This document shows, piece after piece, positions 1 through 12,500 of a stretch of 64,000 bases of DNA (positions are counted from its first letter, which is position 1; each line of letters begins with the position of its first letter). The stretch comes from Schmidtea polychroa (Eukaryota), in the NCBI GenBank assembly GCA_044892525.1, contig CM097885.1, positions 10,728,001-10,792,000 on the forward strand. The letters run 5' to 3'. Below the pieces are notes generated by a model. It was not told the DNA's origin and made no database searches. It saw nothing but the letters and a program-made list of their open reading frames with translations. The translations under genes and the position numbers were made by a program.

Positions 1-1103
1 TGATAATTTTCCGGAATTCCTTCTTTGTCCTGGATTTTTCCTTTTATCTTTTCAATTGTGTCCTTCCATTTAACGTCCAGAGTAATTGTCTTACCAGTAA
101 GAGTTTTGACAAATATTTGACTTTCCCATCGCAACTCAAAACCCATTACCCCGCTCGCCCTCACCCTTGACACAGCTCTGTTCTTTACCCTGTTCCCCTG
201 GCTTCCCCCTTTAAAAGAGTGCTGGGGCCCATAGCAGCACTTTCCCACGCTCGGTAGGGAAGGGAGGATGTTTAATTTTACAAAAGTATTATAATATATA
301 CATAATATGCGTGACCACAAACAAGATTTTTTATAGTACATATTAATTACCAAAATATTATTAATTACAAAAATATTATTTAACACATAATAAACATAAT
401 ATTTACATAATATATATAAAACCAAAAAAGACATCTTACAATACATATTAATTACCTTGTTCCGGCTGGCTAGCCGGAACCACGCTCTGCTACCATGAAT
501 GAATCGAAACCAACGATCGATAATTTTATTTTCCGCAATAGAAGCACATATTATATAGTTAGTTATTGTCTCATCGTTTCTGATGGAGAAATAGATGTCG
601 GCAATTTCTACATTATTATCCTCTAACACGAATGACAGATAGTTTTCACTTGAGAAACTTTTTATATTGAATGGCATTCTTTGACCAATTTTTCTTCCAT
701 TGAAATACACACAATCATCTTCTATGAGTAGAACTCCTACATTTGACTCGAATCGTTGAACTTCTAATTGTTGAGTAAGTACATGATGCAATTGCTTGAT
801 ACGCCTGGGGCATTCTATATTCATAAGTAATCGAAAAGCATCTTCAACATTTTGAAAATGCTGATTTTCAATTAAAAGCAATCCAATAATTGAGCTTTTC
901 GGGTCGCTCTTCGAGGCAACATTATTTATCGTCTCATTTTGAATTAATTGAATCTCATGGGAACAAAACTTCTTTGACGTTAATTCCTTTGATGATTCGT
1001 AAATTAAACAGCTATTCGGACCAACAAATGCATTCATTTTATCACCATCTGATAATTCACAATTGTTTTCTTCATATTCATCATCTACTTCATAATCCAT
1101 CAT
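1..1103 (-). CDS. ORF running off the left window edge, ending in a divergent ubiquitin-like domain (partial)
   Basis: Manual translation: the frame is open from ATG 1103 ([18 protein letters not shown]...) to position 1. The last ~40 codons read [39 protein letters not shown], close to ubiquitin [39 protein letters not shown]. It is absent from the ORF track, probably because there is no stop in the window. The AT-rich part at ~270-455 starts with a GTAATT donor-like site and may be an intron. Confidence 0.6.
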   Translation of the reverse strand, partial: MMDYEVDDEYEENNCELSDGDKMNAFVGPNSCLIYESSKELTSKKFCSHEIQLIQNETINNVASKSDPKSSIIGLLLIENQHFQNVEDAFRLLMNIECPRRIKQLHHVLTQQLEVQRFESNVGVLLIEDDCVYFNGRKIGQRMPFNIKSFSSENYLSFVLEDNNVEIADIYFSIRNDETITNYIICASIAENKIIDRWFRFIHGSRAWFRLASRNKVINMYCKMSFLVLYILCKYYVYYVLNNIFVINNILVINMYYKKSCLWSRILCIYYNTFVKLNILPSLPSVGKCCYGPQHSFKGGSQGNRVKNRAVSRVRASGVMGFELRWESQIFVKTLTGKTITLDVKWKDTIEKIKGKIQDKEGIPENY

Positions 1104-1270
1104 TGAAACCAAAACCAATTCTTCCAAATTCAAATTCAAACCTTCCACCAAATTTCGTCGATAAAAACAAACCCAAATCTTATTCTACCAAACAATAATC
1201 GAATTAAAATTACAATATCAAATAAAAAATTCACCATTAAACCTATGACAACCACCGAGCTTCCATTGCT

Positions 1271-1415
1271 CGCGTCTGTGTGCGCACACCATGAATATTC
1301 GGTCTAACCAGACCGCGCACACAGACGCGATAGAAAAACCACACCCACAACTATATGCGTCTGTGTGCGCCCACAGCCAACAACACAAGGATAGTAAAAG
1401 GCGCACACAGACCCG
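1271..1415. promoter_or_regulatory. Four alternating-orientation copies of a 15-bp GC-rich motif CGCGTCTGTGTGCGC
   Basis: Copies at 1271 (+), 1315 (-), ~1356 (+) and 1401 (-), spaced ~41-45 bp, upstream of the minus-strand ORF starting at 1103. A regulatory role is inferred from position. Confidence 0.5.
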
Positions 1416-1431
1416 AACATCGAATTAAACA

Positions 1432-2819
1432 ATAACATTGAAGGGCTTCCTATAGATAAACTCAACATTTGGAAATATTTGTCAAAGTAATAACGAAGCG
1501 TGAAATTTAGATTTTCTATGAAATTTTATCGATTTCCGATATTTCATAAGCTATTGATTTAATGATTTACATTGCTGTTTCAAATGGTTGAAAATGAAAT
1601 CATTTTTATACATTTTCTGCTTATCCTATTGGTTCAAAATAAAATTTATTTTATTTACCACATTTTCTATTTACCAAATAAAGCGGCCGTTTCAATAATA
1701 AAATGGCATCTCAATTTTTTATAAGTTTTAGATTGGCTTTGTCTATTTTGACAGAATTTCAGATCTTTTCAGTTTCTAGATATTTATTTGATGGAAATTT
1801 ATTTAAATGTTTTAAAATTTTCACATAAATTAAGATAGCTATTTAGCAGGAAATATTAAAATAATTTAATTTAATTTAAATAATATTTTTATTCTCATTT
1901 TCATATTGAATAAATCTCTATTCTCAAGAATTTTTATTTTTTGTCACTAAAATCCGAAATTAATTTTAATTACATAATATTATTGTGTGACAAAATATAT
2001 TTTATTATTAATTGTTTTCAATAGTCATAATCAATTATTTTATATTCCTTTAGTCTTTATCTGATTGGTCAAATGAACAAATTTTACATTGGCTGTGCCC
2101 AGTAATATTATTAGAATTGTCGCATTTATCTCCTTTTTGAATTTGGATGAATTTCGTGTCTGATTCCTTTCTAACAATAGCCTGAAATATAAAAAAATAA
2201 TAATAAAAATTCAAATATAATAAAATCACCTTGATATTTTTATCATCAGCCGATGTTTTATCGAATTCCTCGTCAAGTTTAAATTCACGTAAATTTTATT
2301 TTGAGACTTGAGATGTTCCGAAGGTTATAAATGTCTAAAATGTTACTAGTGTGTAATAAGGAGTATGGCCTGTGACATATTTGGCTTGAGGCATCATCGA
2401 AAATGTTTTGTGGGAGTTCAATTATTTTTTTCTTTAAATAAGTGAATTAATTTTAATTTTTGTTTAAATGAAGTGAATTATTTTTAATTTTAATTATTTG
2501 TTTTACACTATAGATGTGAGATGCGGACAAATCCGAATACTATTGAATAGACCTTTGTTTGTACTTCGGGAAAATATTTTTTTTAATATATACTTAATGT
2601 ATTATGTTCACTTGGTCATTCTACACGTGTTTCAAATTTTCAAATCACAATTATATCTTTAACTTTCATTTTTGACTTTTTATGCAATTTTATTCGGAGC
2701 TTAAAGGGTTAAATAAATATAAAAAAAATATTAATATTTTTTTGGTTCTCAAAACTTTTGTTCGAATAATTATGTCAATATGAAAAAGATTTTTAGGCTG
2801 TCTTTTTGCACAGGAATTT
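1432..2819 (+). repeat. ~1.4-kb duplicated segment, copy 1
   Basis: Near-identical to 15202-16617 (ataacattgaagggcttcctatag ... ctgtctttttgcacaggaattta). Confidence 0.95.
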
Positions 2820-3430
2820 AAGTTTCTGAATATGGTGATTTTATCTAATTGATGTTAGTTTCACAGATATTTCGTGATTCCATATGTCGCATGATTCTCA
2901 CCGTATGATTAGTTACAGAAACTTCCGATCTATGCTGCTGCCAGCTCTCATTATGGAATTTTATCATCGTCATCAACATCGACTGGAATTTTACCGAATT
3001 TCTCGACGATCGCTGGAAAACAACTCAAAAAAGAAAAATGCTGACATTCGACTACTCGCTATGCTAGGCCAAGATTGGAATTTGCTCATTTGGATAGACT
3101 ATCGTACCTCTCGCAAATTATGCCCCAAATCGTTATGTATTCAATGTACTGGATAGATATTGTGCTGGATTGGTTTTTAGAAATAAATTCACTAAATTGG
3201 ATTCGATGGTATTTTGTATTTTTACCTTTTTTAGAACTAGTTATTTTTCGGAATTAACCATAATATACGACCTTGGAAAATTTATCAAAATGGAGTGTAC
3301 GCGAGAGATATAGACGATAAAATAACGCTTACGGAGTTTTGGAAACTGAAAGTTGTAGGAATCATTTTGAGTAGAATTATGCCCTCAGATACTATATCCT
3401 ATAAGATGACACAAATTTTTAGACTAAAAT

Positions 3431-3778
3431 TTAGACTAAATTTTTAGATCCATGTTTATATCTAAATCGAGCTGCTTCCATTTGTGCACGACATACTTGA
3501 GATCGATAATCAGGGATCATACCAGTCATAACACCTCCAGTACTTTCAGTAATATTAAACAATCTTGTAGCTGAACTCTTCTCAATCATTTTATCTGGAA
3601 CCTTTCTTTGTGTAGTTACTACATCACAATTATTGCCTCGAATATCAACGGAAAGCAATCCACCAAATAAATTTGAGATTAGTTGGCCAAAAACACCATT
3701 GACGTTATCCAATTCAAAGGAACATTTATCCTGGATCATATTGTTTGAATCATAACTCTCTTCGTTAAAAGCAGCCAT
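3431..3778 (-). CDS. Hypothetical 115-aa protein
   Basis: ATG-initiated ORF of ordinary composition in AT-rich DNA, preceded by the same 15-bp motif cluster. No recognisable domain. Confidence 0.4.
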   Translation of the reverse strand: MAAFNEESYDSNNMIQDKCSFELDNVNGVFGQLISNLFGGLLSVDIRGNNCDVVTTQRKVPDKMIEKSSATRLFNITESTGGVMTGMIPDYRSQVCRAQMEAARFRYKHGSKNLV

Positions 3779-3926
3779 CTTTTATCCGAAAAATCATAAA
3801 CTCCAAAAAACCGAAATCGATACCATTAAACAACTCTCTAAATCCATTCACATTCAAAAAATCTAATTAACTTCTAAATCTAAAAAATTACAAAACATAC
3901 TTAATAAAATTGCCATACCTCTTGCT

Positions 3927-4036
3927 CGCGTCTGTGTGCGCACACAAACCAAAAACAAAGAAAAGAAAAGCGCACACAGACGCGAGATAAACTAACAACC
4001 CAACACAAAAATGACATTGTTCGCGTCTGTGTGCGC
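3927..4036. promoter_or_regulatory. Three alternating-orientation copies of the same 15-bp motif
   Basis: Copies at 3927 (+), 3970 (-) and 4022 (+), with a further single copy at 5327-5341 (-). Confidence 0.5.
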
Positions 4037-4499
4037 ACACAAACCCATCACACAATACACCTAATTCCACATGTTAAAAGTCTCTATAATACATGTTGGT
4101 GTGTTCATCAATCGATGATTCACAATTTATGAGAGAGTTTATTTCATTTTTTGATTTTCAATTCAATTTTTTCAATCAATTCAATATGATTTTAGAAGTA
4201 AGTTTTTTAAATTTAAGTATATTTTAAGGCTTGAATTTTGATTTCATATAATTATGAGATCATTATTCAAGCTCTTAAATATTACTTGTAATCAGCATTT
4301 ATAATATATTTATAATATATTGATAATTAAATTTCAGGTGCTTTTTTAGGTATTTTATGATATGTTATGAATTTGGAATTATTTCAATAAAATGTAAGTT
4401 ATATATATTTTTAACTAAAAAGAAATAAAATAATCACCAAATACATTTATTTTTTCAGACATTTAGGAAAAAATCGGCGTATATGAACGAAATAGTTTT

Positions 4500-5043
4500 T
4501 TAAGTTTTTGTAATCTTCTTTCTCCAGCTTTCGGCCACTTTTTTTGCCTTTTGAAACTTCACCATATTTTTTGTATCTATAAATAATGGTTTCAATCGAT
4601 TTTTAGGAGATTCCCAGTAATCTTCCAAAATCTTTATAATTTTCTCTATTTTCATATGCATTGATGAGACGGATTTTATCATTTTCTGAAATTCTTTGAA
4701 AATATTATTTTTTTAAAATAAGTTATTAAAATTTAAGATTTTCGAATTTTTTTCTTCAATTCCAAAGATGTCGATGGAACTTGTTGAATATCTTCACACA
4801 AAGACTAGAAATATCTGATATGCTGTAAAATATTTTAATTATTTGTAATTAAATAAAAAAATTCTTACATTGTCAGATCTTCACCTTCGCAAAATGGAAA
4901 TGTCTCCAAAGAAATATCTGAAAATCTAAAGAAATATTAACTTCAAAAATATTTTATAAATAGATCTTACGATGTTTTGTCGTCCATTTCTCGAAAACTC
5001 AAAGTTGAGTTGTTAGATTCAAAATCAAATTTTTTTCAGCCAT
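4500..5043 (-). pseudogene. Small spliced gene or pseudogene of unknown product
   Basis: ATG at 5043 and two ~45-47 nt GTAAG...AG introns (~4926-4970, ~4823-4868); the last part corresponds to the 4500..4682 ORF. The first exon needs one extra A in an A7 run to read MAEKKFDFESNNSTLSFREMDDKT. Confidence 0.3.
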
Positions 5044-5563
5044 GAATTTTAATAATTTTAAATTAATGATATGTTAACAGTATGTTAATGACTCTCTACT
5101 TTCGGAATAAAAAAGCTATATTAAATTTGCGTGTATTTTATATTATGTGTGCTATGTTTGTATGTAAAATTATTTTTCTGTCATTTTCTCAATTCCTATA
5201 ATAAAACTTTTAACATTCGGAACATTAAATTTTTGCACACAGGTAAGTTTGTGTGTTGCTATAATATAATTTTATCGATTTTTTTAGATTATGGAAACTT
5301 TTATATTGTGGATTTAGGTGTACAACGCGCACACAGACGCGCATTGAGCTCATTATTTACTACTCTGTGTGGATTAGTATTTAGTATTATGCGCTTATAG
5401 ACTAAGGTCATAGCTCATTTTTACAACCCAAACGCCAACAGAATTTACATTTTATATTCAAATTGATATTCTGTCCACTGATCAAAATAGCAATTCACAA
5501 ATTTGTAAGAATTTATAAAAATATTTGTGAAATGTTTTTTTGAATAAATTGATTAAAAGATTT

Positions 5564-5934
5564 ATTTAAATATCTGAAATTCAGATTTTGGATTAATAAA
5601 AATTATAACAAAAAAAACTTAGAACTTTTTATTTACAAAATGAGCCTAATGACAATTTACTTGCGGCTAACATTTAATAATGCAATCGAAATGCAATAGA
5701 GTATTTTTGTCTCATTTCAATTTCAATTTTGAATCATTAATAATGCAACCGAAATACGAAAATATCAGGAAATGCAATTTAAATTTAATGTCGAAAAAAT
5801 TTCTTGCAAAAAATGGAAACTTTGATTATATCAATATTTCCGCATACATATTTGTGTGATATAACGAATATTTTCGTATCTCATATTGAAATAGTGGATT
5901 TTGAGAAAATATTTTTTGCTGATTCATTTTTCCT
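5564..5934 (+). repeat. Dispersed ~370-bp repeat, copy 1
   Basis: Aligns by eye with 42874-43238 (tatctgaaattcagattttgga ... gctgattc.tttttccta) with moderate divergence. Confidence 0.85.
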
Positions 5935-6169
5935 ATATGTTATTAAACGGAATTTTTATGTGCTTTTCTAGTTTCAAATGTAATATATTAAATTATTCAT
6001 GGATTTGTATTGTTTAAATATTCATAATTTATTAAATTTTGTGAAATCTTTTAAATGTCTAAGATTAAAGATGAAGAAATGAAATTTTATATAAATGCAA
6101 TCAGTAATAAATACCAATTTTTGTATAAGATATAATTTAAAAGACAAATTAAACATGTTGATAAAGATG

Positions 6170-6672
6170 CATTTCAAATATTTGATGATATAGAATCAGG
6201 ATCGGATGAAGATTTTGTTGTTGGGTCTGATAATAAAAGACTTGGTCATATTTATGGACCAAGGAATTGAAGAAAGTGAAACGGAGCACAAATCTAAGGG
6301 AAATGGAAATAACTGAGATTAAAATTTGATACAAATATATCAAGTAAAATTGAAGAAGATATGAAGAAAAGAGAAAGTGAAATGATACTAGATAACTTGA
6401 ATGAATGTTTGACAATTGATAATAAAACTAAATGGTAAAATGTGATGATATGCATAATGTGTTTATTGGATTCTAGTTACTCTGACAAAGCTCTAGTGGA
6501 ATGTGATGGATGTGGAATTGTTGTATATACATGTGATTATCGAGTGAATTGGTACAGTTAGCATATATATTGCTATGAGATATCTGACAGCGTGTTCATG
6601 TCCGATGATACTAGTGATTCCAGCACTGATCCTTGGTTTTGTGATGCATGCTTATCAAATGTTTCTGATTCG
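6170..6672 (+). pseudogene. PHF14: PHF14-like PHD-finger gene fragment
   Basis: 6448-6672 translates ICIMCLLDSSYSDKALVECDGCGIVVY...CYEISDSVFMSDDTSDSSTDPWFCDACLSNVS, matching the distinctive PHF14 PHD1 pattern (CxxC..CDxCG.xVH..CYG..S..STEPWFCDAC). The zinc-ligand His is lost, there is an in-frame TAG at 6559, the upstream acidic region has stops, and no downstream exons follow. Confidence 0.75.
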
Positions 6673-6714
6673 GTGAGAATTATTATTATTATCTATTCTA
6701 TCTTTAGGACTTTA

Positions 6715-7690
6715 GAATTTTCCTGTTAATTCATAGAGATTAACTGCTGTGGCAAATGGTGAAAAATTATCATCAGGCACTGGCTGAGCTGGCTTTAAGC
6801 TATCTGGAATTGATTTTTCTGATAGTTGTTTTAATGTTCCATTTCCCGCTATTATTACATCATCAATATGACTTCATTATTGTCAGCTGCTGCGATATCA
6901 ATTTCAGCATTCACAGCATTATTTGCGCTGGCACTGAAATGCATTTTCATTAAAGCTTTTGCAGCTTTACCAATATCAGCTGTGCAGGTAAAACTGAATA
7001 AATCATCACCTTCACCCCGTGAAAAGTGGCGCCTTGAAGGAGTTTATCCAATGAAATTGAAGATTTATCCCTTATTTTTAATAATTGCACTTTTAGTTCA
7101 ATTAGTAATTTTTGGCTCAAATTGGCAGGTTTAGTTCTTGGAGTATTGAACATGGATTTGAGTATTCCTTCGCTTGTCAGGAGGTTTGCGTGTGCACGGA
7201 CGGCTTAATGCTTCAATTGCAGCTCTGACGGGCAGCCGTAATGTGTCGAGCATCGATTTTGCTGCATTTGATTCTCGAATTGTCCATTTTGCTGATCTAA
7301 ACCGCTTTACATAGAAATCAGGCATTTAGCCTGCAATATATAATAAATCCGATAGACAATGAATAAACTGAATGAAATAGGAAAATTTGTGAGCATGAAT
7401 AGATAATGATGAGTTATTTGTTTCAGCTTTCTCTTTTTTGCCAACATCAATTATATTTAGAGAAACATTAAAATTATTTTAAAATAAACCTAAACAGTCC
7501 ACAGATTTATCTGCTAATCAGGTTCTGCTTATTGATACACAATTTCCCGACACAGGAAAGTTGCGCTCATTTTGGGTTGATGTCGGTGTCATTGTAAATA
7601 AAGCTGTCCTCAAGAGATTTGAGTTGGTGATGAATTTTCCTGTTAATTCATAGAGATTAACTGCTCTGGCAATTGGTGTTGCTGTGAACT
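6715..7690 (-). mobile_element. Decayed hAT-superfamily transposase fragments
   Basis: 7690-7480 reads NLYELTGKFITNSNLLRTALFTMTPTSTQNERNFPVSGNCVSISRT*LADKSVDCL, the hAT C-terminal dimerisation motif (PTS..ER.FS.....R..L....D.L). 7330-6715 reads LPVRAAIEALSR...MFN...LSQKLLIELKVQLLKIRDK with frameshifts and stops. Confidence 0.75.
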
Positions 7691-8536
7691 TTGTAAAATA
7701 AATCTACAATTTTGTATGTTGTCATAACTTTTATTTTTAATCGACAACATAACATTTGTATTTCAATATTATCTGAAAATCGACTTTTCTCTATCGATTG
7801 GTGTTTAAATATTCGAATTTAGACAATGATTTCTGTCTCAATTGTTACACTATGTTACATAATAACAAAAACTATTTTAAATGAATTTAATTTATTGATT
7901 TGAATATTTGTTTAATAATTTTTCATTTCAATCGATAATCAAACATTTATTGCAACAATAAATATTATTATTTATCTCTATACAATTGAATATAGAATAT
8001 GAAATTATTGTATATAATAATCCAAATCCAGCAAGAATGAGCAAACAAAACATGAATGCATTTAACCAAATGGAAAATATCGCACAAATCAATGAATCGG
8101 AGTGAGAATATTAATATATGTGCTCAAATTTATAAGTATTTTATTTGAATATTTGATTTTAATTCTTTGTTAATGTATAAATTTATGCCCCATAAATATG
8201 CCCAAAAGAACTTATATGATTGCATTTAAAAAAGATATCTTATGATATATAGGTCAAGGCATCGCAATATTTTCATCCCGTGATCAATATATTTACGATC
8301 CATCAATGTTTTATCAATGCGCCTTGTATACTGTTTTGAACTTGATCACGATCTGTCGCGATGATTTGGATCTTTATGGTTCATTCATGTCGTTGTTAAC
8401 AATAACTATAAATTTCTAGATTGAAATTTATAATAATTATTTGCTTACTGGCTGTAGGTCACTTGTTATTGGTCACTGGCTGTAGATCACTGGGTATTGG
8501 TCCCTGAGTACTATATAAACTGATTCGAATATAATA

Positions 8537-8598
<62 letters not shown>

Positions 8599-8756
8599 TG
8601 TAATAAATTGTTATTAATAAATTAGTTGATATAATTTATAAAAATATCTAATAATGAAAAGAGTAATGAAACTATAACCAGTTTTCAATAATAAAAATTT
8701 TCTACATCATAAAATAGAACGCTAAAATAAAAGTTTTTAAAAGATTTATTAATCAC

Positions 8757-8955
8757 TTAATAAAACATCGTCGATATCGACGTCATCAAAATCAATATCT
8801 ACATTCACAATTTCTATATTATCATTGTCATCTGATGCAGTGTTATCGTCATCAAAGCTCGGGCTGAAACCTCCACATTGCGGCCCAACTTCTTCAAATA
8901 GTTGGTCACTATCTACAACTACAATATTAATAACCCTAACTTGTCCTTTATCTGC
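8757..8955 (-). mobile_element. Solo remnant of a Polinton pPolB acidic C-terminal repeat
   Basis: Translates DSDQLFEEVGPQCGGFSPSFDDD...DIDFDDVDIDDVLLSD*, homologous to the tail of the 24544..28158 pPolB (DQILEEVGPLCGGFSPDFDD...DVDIDDIILTD). Adjacent (AAT)n and a gaaactat..cagttttcaa motif also occur downstream of that gene. Confidence 0.75.
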
Positions 8956-9580
8956 AAATAAATAAATTTCGAAATATTTATTAAGTAATTATTACAATAA
9001 CTTTGAGTATATTTGTTATAGTAATGCATGTTTATTACTGCATTATACTGTAACTATTCTTGTATACTATTCTTGTATTATACTGTAACGAAAAGCCTTA
9101 TTGAATGAGAAATTTAAAAGGACTATTCTATGAAAGCTCATTTTTCTCTGAAAAGTTTAGTAAATATATTTGTCCAACCAGAAGCCTTATAATAGGAAAT
9201 GGTAATATTGATAATAATAATATTTTGTTTATTGATTAATCAATGCTAAATTAACTCAATTTATAAATAATTTCAAATTAAATTTACTTATTGATTTTAA
9301 TTGTAAATTTTATCCTCTATTTTTGGTACTTAATTTAATCTGTAATAATTAAAATCAAAATATATTTGTCAAAATGTTAACTTGGAGGTAAATGGGTTCC
9401 ACAGTCCACAACAATAAATGATTTTGTGTTTAAATATTCATATTGTAATAAATTTTATGTGAAACCATTTTTTTGCATTTTTGAAGTCTACTAGAAATCT
9501 GCTAGCAGTCCACCATGACCTTGCGACAAAATGTTATTATTATTTATATTATTATTATAATTATTTATATCAATTATAAT

Positions 9581-12500
9581 TATATTGACTAAAGTGCAAT
9601 AGTATAAAAATGATGATTAATATTGAGTTTCAGTTGAATATTTTGAGTGCACAAGTATGCAATCAAGTGCTAAAATATCCAAAAATATTTACTAATGCAA
9701 ATATAATCAATTCTTTGTTGATTCGTGCTGGGCATTTGATTATCGATCTGCAATTTTTGTATTTTACAAATGATCTACTCGACAGATTTCCTACCAACTA
9801 TACAATATTTGACTGTAAAATATGGGCCCCGCAACATGATTAAATATGTTTTACAGGAAATATTGATTAATCAGTATATTCAATTTGCCAACAATCAAAG
9901 CAATCCAGATAAATAATCTCTATATCGTTACATTCGTAATAAATTGCCTGTCAAGATGGTATAATAATTATCTAGAAATATTGATATTTTAATTTTGCAC
10001 TCTAAAATCATTATTTAATAAATATTAGAAATTAAATAAATTCTCTACATGATCCCTAAAGTTGAAATATTGATATTGATCAAAAATATTGATTTTATTT
10101 GGTTTGCAGCTTTCAGCTCAAATATTTAACATTTAAACAAAAGTACTTCTAAATCATTCGATTCGTAATCAAAGCTCTAGAAGCTGGCATCGTCATATTT
10201 TATTATTATTGATTATTAATAATTTTACTATAAAATGTTGCTGAAAATATTTATCTATCCAAGGGCGCCCAATAATGAGTTTGATATCTTGGACTGAATG
10301 CATTTATCTTTTTCATTGAAATCAATAGTGATAGGTTCATATATTGGGGCTAGATCTAGCACAGATTTAGTAATTACAATTTATAAATAAATAATACAAA
10401 TTAATTTAAATACGATTTCTAAACAATTTTTACTTTGTTTTCAAATTTTGATTTAAATAATTTTGAAAGATATTTAAAAATATTAATTTTGTTTCTTAAC
10501 AAAAATTTTAGAAATTAAGTTACAAATAAATAATAAAAAATTGAAAAATTAACATTAGTCGAATTTCAAATCTCATTTTTTTCTAAAAAACAATATTTCT
10601 AAAATGTTTGTTTATCTACATCAAAAAACATATTTTAAATATTGAAATTTCAAAAGTAAGAGGAAATAATTATTATTTATAATTATGATTGATAAATGTT
10701 GAAAAACTTTGAAATATTTTAATAATTTCATAATGAAATATTTAATTGATTTATTTTCACAATTACTGATTTGAAACTTAGTCGAATCTGACAAAATTTT
10801 TGGATTTTTAACATTTTCACAGTTAATTATTTTATTTATTTATTCATTTTATTAAAAATTTTCATTTTCCCTATTGACTTATTTTAATTATTTCATAAAA
10901 TTCTTGATACAAGATTTAGATTAAATCTTCTGAGTGAATTATATTCTAATATTTGGATCAGTGAAATATCCTTATCCAATTGTGGATCATTCCCAATATT
11001 TATAACCATAACGAGATCATTAGATCAAAGGCCAAAACCCCACAATTTCTGAATACATTAATAACCCGTTTAGCGTTACCCAGTAAAATGTTATTCAAAT
11101 CTTAAACAAATTTTCCTTTAAAAATTATTGAAAATTGCTGAAAAGTATTTTTAAAAAACAATATTGATTTTATTAAAAAGAGTTTGAAGACTATAAATGA
11201 GTAAATATATTAAAATCATCGATATTTATTCTCATAATTTTGAATTTCTTTTTAATCTGTTCAAATTAATTTTATTTTAATATTTTATGAAAAATATTTA
11301 TTTTTATATTTTGCTCTATTTTTAATTTAGATTTTCCGTTAAATATTACTTAATTTCCCATCAAACCTTTACGTAGTTTTATCAAATTTTAATTTAAATA
11401 ATTTTGTAAGATTTAAAATAAATGAGAAAAACACTGAAAATTAACATTAATAATATATCAAAAAGCGCGCGAAGCTAAAATACAATACTTATAAAATGTT
11501 TGTTTAGCGTTACCCACTAAAATGTTATTCAAATCTTTAACAATTAATAAAATGTTTGTTTATCTACATCAAAATACAAATTATAAATATTGAAATTGTC
11601 AACGTCAGAGGAAATATTAATATAATAAGTATGATTTATGAAAGTTGTAAAATGTTGAAATATTTTGTAAATTTTAGATAAAATGTTTGCAAGCGTATGG
11701 GAAATGATGAGGAGAAATAAATTTGAATTTGATAATGAAATTAGCAGTGAATTGATATGCAGAATTTGCAAGTGTTTAATGATAAAAGCTTGCCAAGCTC
11801 CTTGCGGTTGTCGCTTTTGTTCTGATTGCATTGAGCATTATTTGGATGGAAAAGATAAATTCTGTCCAGGAGCAGCAAAATATTGTCAAGTTCAAATGTT
11901 TAATTTCAATGAAAATGTTTTCCAAGATCAGGCGATTAACTTAAGAATATCTAAAGTCATTGTAAAATGCCCAATGCAAAATTGTGAATTCAAAACCGAG
12001 TTGTGCATGATGGAGAGCCACATGAGAACATGCAACAAGCAGCCAATCAGATGTCCGTTCAATAGAATTGGATGCGAAATGAATGAGGTGGAGAAGGAGG
12101 AAATGAAAGTCCATATCAATGAGAACAATGAAGCCCATAGCAAATTATTGATCGATCAGATCAGTAATTTATGCAATGAAATGCAATCAATGAGAGATGA
12201 GAATGTGAGATTGCGTAACGAAATTATCGAATTGAAAGGAGAAATGACGCAATTCAAACAACAATTTGATAATATCAATGTAAATTTTATTTTTAATTAA
12301 TTTTATTGATATTTTGCGATTGTAGGTAAAATTGAGTAATGTTGAAAGGAAAGAGGCGGAGAACAGAGAGGAAATAGAAGAATTGAATGAGGAAATGGCG
12401 GCATTGAAGAATGAGAATCGCTCATTGAGAATGGAGACGGAGACAAATATTGGATCAATCAATCGTATATTGATTTGATTTGTTATTGATTTGTTATTGA

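Noticed and set aside
890..1198. 102-aa plus-strand ORF
   Set aside because: Antisense shadow of the longer minus-strand Ubl ORF.
2884..3400. Overlapping short ORFs with coding-like composition
   Set aside because: No recognisable motif in any frame. Possibly a decayed gene fragment but it cannot be assigned.
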